Shown here: piece after piece, positions 63,426 to 64,000 of the stretch
Layout: each line of letters begins with the position of its first letter
Numbering within the stretch: the first letter of the stretch is position 1
From: Octopus bimaculoides
Lineage: Eukaryota
DNA: 64,000 nucleotides
Direction of reading: 5' to 3'
Assembly (NCBI RefSeq): GCF_001194135.2
Contig: NC_069001.1
Span: 36,936,388-37,000,387, forward strand
Notes under the pieces: model-generated
What the model was told of the DNA's origin: nothing
Seen by the model: only the letters and a program-made list of their open reading frames with translations
The model's database searches: none
Position numbers and translations under genes: made by a program

Positions 63426-64000
63426 GTAATGTTGTTTCATGTGAGGCCTTGCCTGCTCAGCATTTTATGTTGTCAGACCCTTGGGGAAATGTTACTGGAA
63501 CTATTGACCAGCTAATTATTATGACTGAACTGTTCACCTGCTGGTTATTATTACAGGACTGATGGCTGTCTCTCAAGTCTGAGAAAGATGGTTCTGCAAT
63601 TTTTTGCTGAACCACCTGCACAGATGATTTGTTAATATTGATCAAATGTTAAGGCACCTGGCAGAATCATTTCAATGCTGGACACAATGCTTAGCGCTGT
63701 TTTCGTCCATCTTTATGATCTCAAATTCTGCCAAAGTCGATTTCGACTTTCATCCTTTTGGGGGTCAATAAAATAAGTATCAACTGAACGCTGGGGTCAG
63801 TGGAATTGACTTTACTCCTGCCATTAAATGTAAGTTGGCAAACTGGCAGAACCGTTACCATGCCAGACAAAATGCTTAGCAGCATTTCTTCTGAGTTCAA
63901 ATGCTGCCATAGTCTGCTTTTTCTTTCATCCTTCTGGGGTCAATAAAATAAATCCCAGTTGAGTGCTGGGGTTGGTGGAATCGAACAACCCCCTACCCCC

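Noticed and set aside
63557-63640. Possible ATP13A1 exon 18 after TTATTACAG at 63556
   Set aside because: The required phase-0 frame reads GAC TGA (immediate stop), and no frame gives the expected VFARxxPxQK motif. The next exon is probably beyond the window.

Overview
AT-rich, repeat-dense animal genomic DNA with 8 N-gaps, most of them abutting (TA)n or (ATT)n tracts. The SINE families and microsatellite load suggest an octopus (coleoid cephalopod) scaffold; this is an inference. Plus strand, 44920 to the window end: the 5' 17 coding exons (784 codons, all GT-AG, phases consistent) of ATP13A1, a P5A-type ATPase, with the TGES, PPELP, DKTGT and TGDN motifs. The gene continues past the window. 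Minus strand, about 13.4 kb to 0.4 kb: a chain of very small exons (24-122 nt) that the ORF track does not resolve. Spliced together they encode a protein that tentatively resembles the N-terminal GHKL-like part of TOPOVIBL/TOP6BL, the meiotic SPO11 partner. Its likely promoter (ETS + E-box motif) and 5' exons lie near 33.4-34.6 kb, roughly divergent from ATP13A1. The rest is transposon debris: several SINE families, RTE and CR1 LINE fragments, three Tc1/mariner remnants, hAT- and piggyBac-type MITEs with intact TSDs, and a solo LTR with a 4-bp TSD. No rRNA, functional tRNA or CRISPR array was seen. Most ORFs in the supplied track are artefacts of microsatellites, repeats or N-gaps.
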